This document shows positions 37,250 through 50,718 of a stretch of DNA of 64,000 bases, piece after piece (positions within the stretch are counted from its first letter, which is position 1; each line of letters opens with the position of its first letter). Source of the stretch: Vicugna vicugna (lineage: Eukaryota); the NCBI GenBank assembly GCA_013265495.1, contig MU061578.1, positions 1,931,308 through 1,995,307 of the forward strand. The letters are read 5' to 3'. The notes under the pieces are model-generated. The model was not told the origin of the DNA. It ran no database searches and worked only from the letters and a program-made list of their open reading frames with translations. A program made the translations under genes and the position numbers.

Positions 37250-37440
37250 GACCTTTTTTGCAGCACCATCCTTATAACCACCTTATGAGGTAAACATCAT
37301 CAGCCTCTTTTTAAAGATGAGCAACTGGAGGCTAAGAGATAAACAGTCCACACAATGTCACAGGCTTAATAAGAATCAGCATGAGACTTAGATCCAAGAG
37401 TGTCTATTTCAAAACCCTTGCTGTCAATCACCAGACTACG
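37250..37440 (-). mobile_element. MIR SINE
   Basis: TCCTTATAACCACCTTATGAGGTAA...TTTTAAAGATGAGCAACTGGAGGCTAAGAGA. Confidence 0.7.
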
Positions 37441-40400
37441 CCCATGAGGGTTTCCAGGAGGTATGGACTTATCCCAAGTTTGAACCCATAGTCTGCACTC
37501 AAACCAGGTAGAACTATACCCTTCTTAAGAAAGACTCATACTCAACTCTCCTAATAGCAGGAAACACACCTAGACAAGGACTGAACCCACAATGAGGGAG
37601 GCACTGAACCAGTTTTTAAAACCAGTTATTCATCTCCTTCCTCTCTGTTTCTTGGTCAATTCATGAGCCTTCAATATTCCTCTCATGTTGCCTCTCATGT
37701 TCCTCTTCCCACCTTCCCTAAGACAGTGAACAATTTTGGACAGATGCTCTGCAAACAGGGACTCTCCTGCGGGTCTGTTTGCAGCTGGGGAAACACGGCC
37801 TCCCTCCCTGGGTGATGGGTCTGTGGGCCCACGTGGATGATGCTGCTCACAGATCAGACATGATTTGAAGATGGGGGAGCCACAGACAACGCACGGTGCA
37901 CAGCAATTTCCAGTCAAGCGCCCGAAGTAATGTTTCTAGGGTAATTAGATTCATGACCTGCCACAGGGAACAATTTCTTCCACTAACTTATCTGGACTAC
38001 AGATACGAGCATAAACACTCCAGTGGGGCCTCTAAATTCTGACCCAAACTTGAGCTGATCTGACTTTCATCTCATGCCAGAAGCTGCGTTCTGAATTATG
38101 GCAGCCTTCCTGCTTCCACCTTGAAGTAAACAGGCCTCTGGGAGTTTCAACAACCACTTAAGACTTTTCTATGCATATTTGGATGAAGAAAACAGCAGCT
38201 AGCAGAAGAGAGAGAGAACGGGAAAGAGAGAGAGCAAGAGTGAAAATGTCAGGGTGGGGAGAACAGAGAGAGAAAGAGCCAAGCTGTCCTCAGCTTCTTC
38301 TTCCTCTAAATTAATCATCAAAGCCCCAATTAATTATGTTACTCCACTGGACTGACTCAGACAATATTACACCACCATATATTTCACATTTTAATATGAT
38401 GTATGATTTTATTAGTGTATTCCATCAACTCTGATGGAAACCTAAGTCTTCAGGATTTTTTTTTTTTGCCCCTTCTTGGCCAATAAAGGAAAACCATAAA
38501 GGACATTACAAATTTGAACAAAGTTTGGGAAGCATGAAAATCATTTAGAAACCCAAGAAATGGCTATTCACATTTGCAACAGCAGTTCATTAGCGTCCAG
38601 CCATTCAGTCCTCTGAATTAAAGCGTATTTTCTCTTTTTGAACAAGCAGCATTCTATGCCATCCTATTAATTTCCTTTTATGGATTCCAAGGTGCGTTTC
38701 CGCCAAGCTTCCGCAGAACCATAAAATGCGGACGTGCCTTGTTAATTTTCCCCCATCAAGGAAAAGGAGCGGGACCTGGAAAACAAATCTATTCCGCACT
38801 ATCTCGTACCCACTCTGTGTTGTTCCTGGCTCACGGCAGTGTCTGCATGGCTTCATTAATATCTCCTCTTTTCCTAACAAACAAACTGGTTTCTATTAAG
38901 GAGAGTGATATTTGGGCTGTGATCTATTAAATGCACAAAGACAGGGAATTGCATGAAAGACTGATATTGAAATAACAATGATTCCTGAAAAGCAATGGTT
39001 TATGATGGGTTCTTCAAGTCTGGCTGCAAGCTCAGAACACCTCCGATGGACGCTCAGTTCCTCTAGTACATACAGGAAGGGTATGGGAGGGACAGAGATT
39101 CAGTGGGTGTGGACCTATTGAGTGTTGGTGAACAAGAAAACTAGTCATAGTTCTGTTCTCCAAACCTTACATGCCAGTGGGATTTCGTAGACTTTGCAGA
39201 AGACTTCTCACTGAATGGGTAAGAAGGATCCATCCTGGAGAATAAATAACAGAAACATCCAACCTGGGAGGAAGAGTCTGAGGGGGTTAGCCTGAAGCGG
39301 GGTGGGCAAGATGGACATAAAAGAGTGCAGGAAAAGGCAAATAATTCAGCCACATGTCAGCACAACCAAAAGTTCATGGTGGAGAATAATCTCAGGTGTG
39401 AAAAACTGACTCACTCATTTGAGAAATATCTGAGCACTCACTATGTGCCAGGCATGCACCTAGCTTGCAGGAACAGAGCCATAAACATGACTGACAAACT
39501 TTCTGCTCTCGTGGAGTTTACAATCCAGCGGTGGAGAGGAAGGAGAAAGGTAATAAATATCATGAAGAAGATGATTTCAGCGAGTGTCTTGTGAATGAAA
39601 TCAATACAATAATGAGAGAGCATAAAAACAGAGAGAACCTCTTGGGAGGTGGTCTGAAAAGAGCCAGTCCACTTGGGTCATTTCAGAGAGAAAAGAGGAA
39701 ACAGAGACAGTCAATGCAGACGCTGATTTTATTATTATCATCCTCAGTGGAAAAGAGGCAGGAAGGAACTTGCAGGCCCCCTCCTTGGCACTGCTGTCTC
39801 TGCAGGCCTTGGGATGCCCTCAGCTTCAACGCCTCTCTTCTGGAGCTGCCAGCCCTTTAGATGTGGACCAACGGTGGTTCTCACCCTACGTGAGGCAGTC
39901 CCCCTCAGAGCCATCTGTGTGAACTTCCTGGGGAGTTTACGTTAATCTGAAGGTTGAGAACCCCAGGTGCAAAAATCCCCCATGACCCCCCTCTCCAGAC
40001 CTCTCTGACCTCACCCCAAGCATCTTCTCCATCAACCTTAACTATCACCTCTAAGCTACTCACATCCCACAGTCTCCTCTGACCAGGAGTCCTGTGTTCC
40101 CTGTAATCAACCATCCCAACATCCTCACCCTGCAGCACACAGCACAGACCTCTAGGCTCACTGAGCTGACAGAGATAATGTGGACGTTTGGGGGACTACG
40201 GTTTTGAATGTCAGTGACCCCATAAGATTCCGACGTTATCAGTGTACCCATATCTGCACCACGGTTACTGCTGAATAAACCTATTGTTCGGTGCCCTTCA
40301 TCATGACCTATTCGTAGAGCAGTTTCCACCTGGAAAACTGCTTTCACAAGGACTCTCATTTTACCAAGCTATTACACCATAAATGTTCCCCCAATACTAT

Positions 40401-40677
40401 CTCCTCCCAGCACAGCCAAAGGGCAGCTATGAGGGTTGGATATCTTTTCTTCAGTCTTCAAAGTAATCAAAGGATTATTTGCTTCCCTTGGGGGTGTGGC
40501 TATGTAGAATGAAGGGAGAGAGACTAGAAAAGTGTCAGCATTTTCCATTTTGCCTAACCCAGGGGAGCAGAAACACACAGCTATAAAGACATGGAAGGAA
40601 AAGAATTAACGCATACTTAGTCTCCACCTCATTCAAGGGACCCTAATAGGTGCTGTTTCCACCTAATCTCATCAAAT

Positions 40678-40830
40678 CAGGACCAGCTGCATGATTTGTG
40701 AGGCCAGACACAGAATGAAAAAGTAGGGCCCATTATTCAAAAATTATTAAGGATTTCAAGATGGCAACTTCAAACCATGAACCCAAGCAATGGTGCTTCT
40801 AAGAGCAGAGACTTGAATCAATGCACTGAA
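40678..40830 (-). mobile_element. MER45A-like (hAT-Tip100) fragment
   Basis: CAGGACCAGCTGCATGATTTGTGAGGCC...TTCAAAAATTATTAAGGATTTCAAGATGGCAAC matches the reverse MER45A consensus as recalled. Confidence 0.75.
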
Positions 40831-41529
40831 TCCTCCCAGAAAAACTTATATCATCCCCTTTTTGCATATGATGCCAGGATAGGTAACCTGCCCAAGGACA
40901 CAGCAGAAATTTAAAACCAGAGCCTGCCTGTATCCACAGAACCGCATAAGGAGTCACACACATTCACACAGAACTTAATTGATTTTACTCCAAAAATATG
41001 GAGGCCCCCAAAGCGCCTCGCAAAATGAGAAACCTTAATGACTTCATGCCCTTTAGAACTGCTAAGTATTTGTTTGCATTTCATTAAATTTGCAAAGTGA
41101 AACTTGATTTAAAATTCCAAGGCTCCATTTCAATGATCTACATTTGGGGCCTCAGTGAAATGGTTGAACAAATGAGGTATGTGAGGCCCTCTTGCTTTTT
41201 TCTACTTTGTGAGCCTTGGAATTTTTTAATGAAAAATTTCATGGCACATGAATCATTAGTGGGGGAAACATACTAAAACCTGATTGCATTATTGAATCCT
41301 AAAACTGCTCCAGATTAGATGAAACGACTTCAAATCCCGAAGGACAACATCCCAGCTCAACCCTTGTGGTTTTAATTGATAGGCAATCTCTCTCTGTCTT
41401 TCTCTATTAGATGAACCAAAGCACAGCAAATGAACTTCTCTTTGGATAGCTCCAGCTTTTCCCGGCTATGGGTCCAATTCCAACATAGGGTCATTCACTT
41501 GGCAAGAAGTTATTCCAAAGGCACCCAGG

Positions 41530-42130
41530 TACCACTTCTGTGCCAGGATCTTGCCTTGGCACACGGACTGTAAGCAGAGACACTTGGATCGGTCCTAACT
41601 GGAGTGGGTGTTCTTCTGTTAAGGGGGCACGACTTGAGGGTGAGACTCAAAGAATAACAAGCCATCTATGCAAGTAGTGGGAAGATGAGCATTAAAAGGG
41701 TTGGGGAGGGAACAAAACTCGAAGGCTAGAACTTGCTAAAAAGACTTTGGGGAATAGAGAGGAGACTGAAGCACACTGGGCAAGGGCGTGTCACAAGCAG
41801 ATCTCCAATTCAGAAATCAGACTTCAGCTGCTGCTAACGGAAGGGTGTAGGGGTGGCAGGAGGGATCGGGCAGATGAGCTGGGGAGACCACTGCAGAAGA
41901 CCATGACAGAGGGTACCCAGACAAGGCTAGCAGCGACAGAGATGGCCAGACCTGGATGGACTGGAGAGTCTTCTGAAGGTGGATCAGCAGTCAAGGCTGA
42001 CAGACGGAAGGGGAAAGAAGGAATCAATAATGATGTCTAGGTCTTTAGCTGGGCAACAGAGCAGATGGTGGTGCCCTTTACAAAGATGGGAACAATTTTG
42101 GGGTGGAGTTGGTAGGGGTGGCTGCTGAGT
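41530..42130 (-). mobile_element. L2 LINE fragment
   Basis: GGAATCAATAATGATGTCTAGGTCTTTAGCTGGGCAACAGAGCAGATGGTGGTGCCCTTTACAAAGATGGGAA. Confidence 0.75.
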
Positions 42131-43291
42131 TTAACCTGCCATGTCAAAAGAAGCCCTCTCTAAGTATGCTAGCCTTTCCATTTTTCTATTTTTCCCAACC
42201 TTGACTCTATCTTGAGGGCCATTTCATTCTAATATCTCTTGCACATGCACCCTTCTAGTTTTAACTGTTGGGTATTTTTGACGTAGCTATTGTTGGGGAT
42301 CTTTGAATTCTCCAGGAGGCTCTGTATCTATAGATGGACGCACAGAAAGAAACACTCTGGTTTTGACCCATGGATGAACCAGAATTTCAAAGCACTGTTT
42401 AGCTAGTCATTTTTATAGAACTGTGTCCCAGGAGTCCAGAATTCAGCCCCAGCCTGGGCGTCTGGGGTTGGAGCACTATATAGGAAAGGGTGGTGTTAGT
42501 TCATACTTTGGGATTAGAGGAAGCCAAAGTGTCCTACATTTGTGGGAGTGCAGAAAAGCAAGGAAAAATATGAAAAAAAAATTTCAAAAGGCTAACCAGT
42601 GGAAAAAAAGAGTTTAAAGCCAGCAAGAGAAAAAGAATTTTTAGGAAAGTAGGGGTCTGGAGAGGTCCTTCTAGAGGTCACAGGATGGAGTAGGGGGTTA
42701 TTAAGGAAGCATTTCTCCAACTTTGATTAGAAATGAGGCTGGAGTCTCTGTCACTTTAACCAGCTCCCAGGTGAGGCCGAGGCTCCTGGGTGACAGAGAA
42801 CCCTGGGAGTAATGAAGTTTTACTGGACTGCCATTGGGAGAAAGGGTCGGGGAGCTCCAAAAGCAATTGCTAAGGAAAAATCCATGAACAGCTAGACGGA
42901 TGCCACACTTCAAAACCATCCGTCATTTCTTCATACCTACTAGTTACAGACAGTGGCATGGTCCGTGTTCCTCCGATAACAGGTCACTAAAAGCTCAAAT
43001 AATACTCAGAGGATGCTGGCACCCCTTTCTGGAAGATACAAAGACTCGGGACATTTAGGTAAATCCATAATCCATGGCAAAGACGGAGATGCCACCTTTT
43101 CTTTCAAATAACAGATTTATTGAGATGTAATTCACGTACCAAAAAGTTCACCCTTGGGAAGTTCATGGGTCCTTATTCTATGCCCAGTATCATTCTCTGG
43201 ACTTTAGATTTATAATTTCCTGGGAGAGAATCAGTTGCTTACTATCTCTCCAAGCAGCAGTAGGTATCAGCAGCTACCAGGAACTCAGCAA

Positions 43292-43510
43292 CAGCAGGAG
43301 TTCTCAACCCAGTGAGTCTGCGTCCCTCTCCTGCTCGCCCCCAGGGGACATTCACCATTGTCCTGAGGCACTTTGGACTGTCACAACTGGAAAGGGATTT
43401 TACTGTTACCTGGTGCTGCTAAGCATCCTTCAGTGCCCAGGACAGCCCCCTCCCCGCCCATAAATGATCTGGCCCCAAACGTCCATAGTGTTGACACTGA
43501 AAAAATTCTG
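43292..43510. mobile_element. MER20 (hAT-Charlie)
   Basis: GTTCTCAACC...CCCCCAGGGGACATT...TGTCACAACTGG...TGCTGCTAAGCATCCT...CAGGACAGCCCCC...ATCTGGCCCCAAACGTCCATAGTG. Confidence 0.9.
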
Positions 43511-46028
43511 ATCTAGAATTTCACAGTCTAAATTCAACTTATTTTCAATGGTTGCCAATGAGATAAGCCAAAAAGAAAGACGCAAATAATGTATTTTTTT
43601 CAGTATGTTTTAAATAGAAGCACCAATTCACACCTGCCCTGAGCATCCAGGAAGTCCCTGCTGCTCTGAAACCGGTCCTTCCAGGCTGTTCCTGCTCTGC
43701 CCTCTCCCACAGCCCCGACCTAGGGCTTTGCTCCCCAGGGAGATGAGAATTCAGTAAGTGTTCGCTGCCGCCTTATGTGGGTGAAAGGAAGGGTCAAAAA
43801 GGTGGTTCCTGGCTTCCTAAGCACCATGGTTAGTGCATTGCTCGCATCCCCACGTGAGCCAATTAGCTTGACTCTGTGATACGGCTTCAGACTATTGTCT
43901 TAACCTAAACCCTGCTACCTTACAAATAAATGCCTTTAGTTACAGAGGGAACCCCAGAAGAACATGTAGCTGAATCCCTGCAAATCTATCCTCAATCAGG
44001 TGAAAAAAATCAGTCCAAAAACCTGTACTAGGAGTGGGACAGTGTTGACGGAGCTGTATGTATGGAGCGGCCACACCGTGAACTATTTTGAAGATGACAA
44101 AGCCTGGCTGACTTCTTTCTTTCCTTCACCAAGTGTAATGAGCCTCTCTGGCATACTGTTACCGGCTTAAGGCTTTTTAAGAATCAACAGAAAACCCAGA
44201 CATGAGAGACTCCCAGTTGAAGGTTAGGGAAAAAAAACACTTAGGTTCTCTGAAAGGGGGAATGAATTGTTTTAGCTTGAAAACAAGAACTGAGAACAAT
44301 ATGAAACATGCTGAAGAAAACTCAGGGTCTTGTCTCACTGATTCACAGCCCCCATGCCCTCTGCTTTGCTTGGTTCCTCCAAAAGGAATCCCATTTATCA
44401 GAATACAAAGCATGTAGCCTTCATTCCAATGAGGCAATCAACTCAACAGGTACCGCAGGACAAAAGACATATTCTGCCAAGCGCTTGCATGGAAGGAGCG
44501 ATTCACAATTTGTTCCAATAAGTACGTAAAGTCAAATGTCAAGCATCAAAAACATCTATCTGAGCCGTTAGAAATTATAAGACCGTTGTTCGGAGGACTG
44601 TCTATAATGGAATATCCATCAAGGCCAAACAAAGGCACCGATCTGTACCCTCCCTTCCAAGAGATGTTGACAGCATCGTGCTTCTCAATGTAACGCCGAT
44701 GTGGGCAGAAGCTCCAGCACAAGCCTTGACATGTGTCACCGCGTTTGGCTACAGATGCGTTACAAGAAATTGTATGGGATGCCATCAGAAAATTGAAAAA
44801 CTGATGAGTGTTTCACTTAGTTACTGTAATTCTTCAAAGCTATTTCAATCTTGTGCAAATTAGAAGCCGCTTACCACTCTGAAGCCTGACGGAAGACCGA
44901 ACGAGGCTTTCATTATGCTTTTAATAGGTTTGCTGGGAGGTCTCCTATTCAAAGGTACTTGAGGAGCATGATGGGTTGGATCGCTGCATTAAGAGATCTT
45001 CAAGGGGTAAAACCAAAATGGTACCCCGAATTTGCCACAAATAATGAACAGGATGCCTGTCTCTAGGTAGGGACAAGACGCCTAATAAATTACCTTTCAC
45101 AGACGATTGCAAATAGAACTAATACTTGCCTAATTATGAGTCCAGCAAGCTCAGGGTGGCATTCTAATGGCCATCAGCTGTAGCATCTAACCTGTTGATC
45201 CACACCCCAGGAATACTCGCCTTAAAACTAGAAAAGAAAAAACCAGTCTGCTACTTCATAAGACTTTGGGAGTAAACACTGAGCTCACCCCCCCCCATCA
45301 CTACCCATCATTGTCACCATCATCATCACGAAATCCTTCGAAGTACTTAATAACTGTCAGCAGCACATGCAATGCATACATGACTTGGGAACAATGATTA
45401 CTTCAAAGGAAGAACAGAATCACTTAGATACTTAAGGAAAGTGTCCTTTGACTAAAATAAAAAGGCTACTTCTCAATATCAAAAGGGAAAAAAGTTAGTC
45501 CACAGAGACATTTTCTTCCACAAACCAGGACAGCCTTCATTTTGTTAGCATTGGGGTCACTTCCTGAAAGGAAACCACAATAATGTATAGTGATTCGATG
45601 AAATAATACTTTGGACCATCCATCCAACTCATGAACTTAATAGTATGTTAAGATGAGGCACTTCTCTTCTGGTGCACAACCCCATCCATAATGGCTAAGA
45701 ATACGTTTTCATTAAAACATTCATACATGAAAATCTCAACTCTCAACTCTGTTTCCATGGGAACCTGCAATACAACTTTCCAGCGCACTCAACGGCAGCT
45801 CCTTCCTCTTACATGTCATTGCTGAAGAGTGTTTGTAAATGAAAATTTTAAGAGGGAAATCTTTGGACAAAGTGTTGCCTAGACACAGAAATAAGGGAGG
45901 GGGGCTTATGAGCTCTAGTTTCAGCTCTGTTATCCCAGATATTTACTTAGTTAATTTACTTAATAAATATTTATTGACTACCTACCAGGAGCCAAGCTGT
46001 AAAAATAACATTACCACGCTCACGACCT

Positions 46029-46085
46029 GGAGTAAAGTAACTAAGACACAGAGTGGTAAGGGAGTAAAGTAACTAAGACACAGAG
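46029..46085. repeat. Short tandem duplication (25-bp identical unit, period 32)
   Basis: GGAGTAAAGTAACTAAGACACAGAG at 46029-46053 and 46061-46085. Confidence 0.95.
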
Positions 46086-46404
46086 ATGGTTAAAAAACAT
46101 CAGGGAAGACTTGTAGAAGCTCTAAACAATGAGCCAGGTCTTGAGTGACACACACAGAAACCAAAAAGCGAACAGAGATGACCATGGGCAGATACCAGCT
46201 GTTAACAGCAAGTGGGAGGCAGTGGAAAAGAGGACAATTGGGGGGAAAGGTGGTGATTCGTTCCAGATGAAGCCAAGGGGTTAGGGGAGGGGGATGAGTT
46301 CATTCTTCAGTCACTCACTCACTCATTCATTCACTCACTCATTCATTCTCCCATGCAACAAGCTATTCCTGGGAAAGTCATTTTCCTCCAGACACTTACT
46401 TTTT

Positions 46405-46699
46405 TTTTTAAACATTTTTTATTGATTCATAATCATTTTACAATGTTGTATCAAATTCCAGTGTAGAGCACAATTTTTCAGTTATACATGAACATATATA
46501 TATTCATTGTCACCTTTTTTTCTCCATGAGCTACCGTAAGATCTTGTATATATTTCCCTGTGCTATACAGTATAATCTTGTTTATCTATTCTACGATTTT
46601 AAAATCCCAGTCTATCCCTTCCCACCCTCTGCCCCCTTGGCAACCACAAGTTTGTATTCTATGTCTATGAGTCTATTTCTGTTTTGTATTTATGCTTTG

Positions 46700-46739
<40 letters not shown>

Positions 46740-46949
46740 TTTAGATTCCACATATGAGCAATCTCATATGGTATTTTTCTTTCTCTTTCTAGCTTACTTC
46801 ACTTAGAATGACAATCTCCAGGAGCATCCATGTTGCTGCAAATGACGTTATGCTGTTGGTTTTTATGGCTGAGTAGTATTCCATCGTATAAATATACCAC
46901 ATCTTCTTTATCCAGTCATCTGTTGATGGACATTTAGGCTGTCTCCATG
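46405..46949 (-). mobile_element. Young 5'-truncated L1 with perfect TSD
   Basis: Poly-T then reverse L1 3' end with internal (TG)n. TSD CAGACACTTACTTTTT at 46389-46404 and 46950-46965. Confidence 0.95.
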
Positions 46950-47137
46950 CAGACACTTACTTTTTGAGGGGATCCTGGAATGCTTTCCATGTTGGCCTAA
47001 GGATGTTGTGTAGCCTCAACAAGGAGCCATAAAGCTTTGACACAGAGAATTACTCAGAAAAGCTGGGTTCTAGAGAAACTGATCAGCAAGAGAGACGTGA
47101 GAGCAAGAACAGAAGCAGGAAAACACGTTTGAAAGCG

Positions 47138-47540
47138 TGTTAGTTTGCTCGGGTTGCCTTCACAAAGGACCGCAAACTGGGTGGCTCAAATAACTGAAAT
47201 GTATCATTGCACAGAAATTCTGGAGGCTAGAATTCAAAAATCAAGGTGTGGGCAGGGTGAGTTCCTTCTGCAGGTGGTGAGGGAGGGCCCACCTCACACC
47301 TCTCCCCTAGTTGCTGGAAATCGATGGCATTTCTTGGCTTGTGGCAGCCTTACTCCACTCTCCCACCCCAATTCCCTTTTTATAAGGATACCTAGTCATA
47401 CCGCATTAGGGCTCCCCTTAATGACTTCATTTTAACTTGGTTACCATTGTAAAGACCTATCTCTAAATAAGACCACATTCTGAAGTACCAGGGGTCAAGA
47501 CCCCAACATATGTTTTGGGGGGCACAATATTCAACCCATA
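47138..47540 (-). mobile_element. MLT1 (B/C-like) MaLR solo LTR
   Basis: TGTTAGTTTGCTCGGGTTGCC...TTCTGGAGGCTAGAATTCAAAAATCAAGGTGTGGGCAGGG...TTTTGGGGGGCACAATATTCAACCCATA. Confidence 0.88.
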
Positions 47541-49310
47541 TGGAAAGTCTCTGTTCTCCAGCTGATCTGATCAGGTCATGGACTTCGGAAACTTTCCTTC
47601 CATCTTTTTTTTTTTTTTTACCCAATAAATCAGCAAATGATCATTCTATAACAGAGAAGAAAATTCATTTGAAAAGGAGATATGGTTACCACAATAAGAG
47701 AAGCAAAGAAAGTTCAAAAGAACATGATGGAATTGAGAAGGAAGGGGAGATACTGAGAGTGAAATGAATAGGGCTGAACAGCCAATTGGATGATGGGGGG
47801 GAAGGCAGGGAGTCTCCCCAAAATGAGGCAGAAAGTGACGACTAAAACTTATTGCAATAAATCAGCAAAGCCAGGGAACACCGAGAATGAACAAAGAAGG
47901 GAGAGAAAGGAAGATGAGTTTGGTCTTGTGTGTGAGTCACCAGCGGGTAACCCAGGAACTGACACGTAGAAATCAAACGCCAATTCCAAGAGCCATGAGG
48001 GTCATGCTGGAAATTTCCAAGCAAGTAAGGTAAACTCTCAGTGTTTCAGTGTTTCTCCCACAAAAAAGTAGCAATATTTTTTCTCTCATAAGATATCTGG
48101 GAGGATTAGAGGAGTGTACATAGGAAGAGCACGGAGAACGGGGTCTGACACGCAGCGGGCAGTGGTTGGCCCAGATCCAGGGTGAAAGTGGAAAAGGCAA
48201 GGGGTGGTGAAGAAGTTCGTTCGGGAGAACATTCCAGAGGACTGCCTGCCTTTGCCCACGTCTGGGAGGAGACACACCAGATGGAGACAGAGACTTAACA
48301 TGAGATCTGAAGTGATGCAGAGACTCGGTTTTGAAAAAGACATAATGGGCAGAGACTGGACTAACTGGGTGGTCAGTGCCAGATGACACTGCAGACAGAG
48401 CGGGAGACTCAGGGCTGAGAACAGGCACTGATGGCGGAGCCATGCTCAGCGACTTTTGGGACAGTCATGCCGGCAGAGCAGGAAGTGGAGTGGTCTGACT
48501 GAAGGGGGTGGAGAGGAGGAGGAAACAGGGGACCGGAGACAAGAATTTGAGATACAGATTGCTCTTTCTCAGAAGTGAGAAGGGAAACCTCGCTTGAGGA
48601 GGTGAAAGGCTCCAAGGATGCTCTCATTATAGGATCAGGTGCTCACCAGCGAGCAGGGACAAGGCTGACTGTGTCTCTGAGAGACAGGAGAATAGAGAGA
48701 AGGGTTGTAGATGGATGCGAAGGAGCTGGGATCAAAATGCGGAGGGGGGCAATCTTTTTTTGCTTAATTACTGCATCACCTCCCCAAAGGAATAACTGCT
48801 CAGTCAAATGGCCAGGGGACATTTGGGGACATGAATCAATATTCCTGCCCTGGAGAAGAAAACAGAAGCATTTCCAATGCAAGGGGTGCAGAAATTTACA
48901 AACTTTCAGGCAATAGTAGCTTAACAAGCAAAGACTGGGTAAGACCTGATTCTCTCCGGCAGGAAAATGCTGGATGCTAGGGCGGCACGCCTACCACACA
49001 CGCAGGGCAATACAAGGAAAACCATGCCAGCAGAAGACCGTTTCGGAAGACAAAGGAGCACAATGCCCTCTGCACATTTTCCAGCTGAAGCCTGGGAGGA
49101 GCATCTGCTTCCTCCACCCTCATCAACCCTGTCTTTGAAGAACCTGACAGCCGCAACTGCAAGGAGAGGGAAATGATGGAATTCCACCCATCATCCCCTC
49201 CATCCTTCCTCCTTGGCTTTCTTCCACCTGAGAAGAAAGGACAAGGGACAAGATATGTGGTGGGATAAAAATGGAGAATGGGCGGGGGAGAAAGAGAAAT
49301 AAAATAGATA

Positions 49311-49945
49311 CGTATGATCCAGCAGTCCCACTCCTGGGCGTATATCTGGAGAAAACTCTAATTCAAAAAGATACATGCACTCCAATGTTCATAGCGGCAC
49401 TATTTAAATAGCCAAGACAGGGAAACACTGTAAACGTTCTTTGACAGATGAATGGATAAAGAAGTTGTGATATAGTTACACAGTGGAATACTACTCAGCC
49501 ATAAAAAAGAATAAAATAATGCCATTTGCAGCAACGTGGATGGACCTAGAGATTATCATACTAATTGAAGTAAGTCAGAAAGAGAAAGACAAACACCACA
49601 TGACATCACTTATATATGGAATATTTTAAAATGAGAAAAATGAGCTTATTTACAAAACAGAAACAGATTCACAGACATGGAAAACAAACTTACGGTTAAC
49701 AAAAAGGAAAAGGGATGGGGGAAAGATAAATTTGGAGTTAGGATTGGGATTAACAGATACAAACTACCATATGTAAAATAGACAAATAAGGCCCTACTGT
49801 ATAGCACAGAGAACTATGTTTAATAGCTTGTAATAACCTATAATGAAAAAGAAAAATATATATATATATGTATACTTGAATCACTGTGCTGTACACCTGA
49901 AACTAACACAACATTGTAAATCAACTATACTTCAATTTAAAAAAG
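49311..49945 (+). mobile_element. 5'-truncated L1 (ORF2 end and 3'UTR)
   Basis: TATGATCCAGCAGTCCCACTCCTGGGCGTATATCTGGAGAAAACT...CAACTATACTTCAATTTAAAAAA. Candidate TSD AGATAC on both sides. Confidence 0.93.
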
Positions 49946-50718
49946 GAGATACAAATGCAGAAATGAAGACAAAGATAATGAAAAAGAGAATGAGGGAGGA
50001 AAATAAGAAGAGATTGGTGAGAAAAGGTTGAGTGAACAAGATAAACCATCTAATGAAAAACTAGAAAAGAAAGAAGGAAGTAGTCCTATGGATGATGGCC
50101 ATAAGCCTGAGGTATCTTTTGGGCTACTTCATTGGGTTTCTTTCTACGAAATCCACAGGAGTCTGAGACAAGAGGGCTCTTGGGATTCACCAGTGTAATA
50201 ATATCTAAAACACAAAAGCATAACCCGACTCTTGGCTGAACGGTATGGAGTCGCCATGCTGTAAGGTACCTGAATCTTGAAGCAGCCTTAACCCCTCCCT
50301 ACATGCTGCTCAAAGCCATCCTGAGCATCCCTGATGAGGAGACGCAGGACGGACCATAGAGCTGGAAGCAGCAGCAGAGTCAGGCTCTCGCCTGGGTCTG
50401 AAGGGCACTAAATTCCATGCTTCTAATCATTAAACTTCACTACTTCCTAAGACAGTCCTATCACTCAGGAAAATAGAAAGAGTTGCCTTATGCTTCATTA
50501 CCCTGAGAGCTATTAATTCCAATGGGGGGGGGGTGGCCTTGGCTCTGTCCTCGGGACGGTGGAATTTGGCTGTACAAGTCAGTGAGTTAGCACATGCAAA
50601 CACAGTAAGTCCTCACCCGGAGCACAGTAAGCTGTACAGAACTGCTGGCAGCAACAAAAACAATGAAAAGAGTGATGAAGAGCAAGAATAAATACACATA
50701 ATAATAATACATGATAAT

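Noticed and set aside
43819..43838. REST/NRSE site (TAAGCACCATGGTTAGTGCA)
   Set aside because: The critical GGACAG half-site is changed to GGTTAG.
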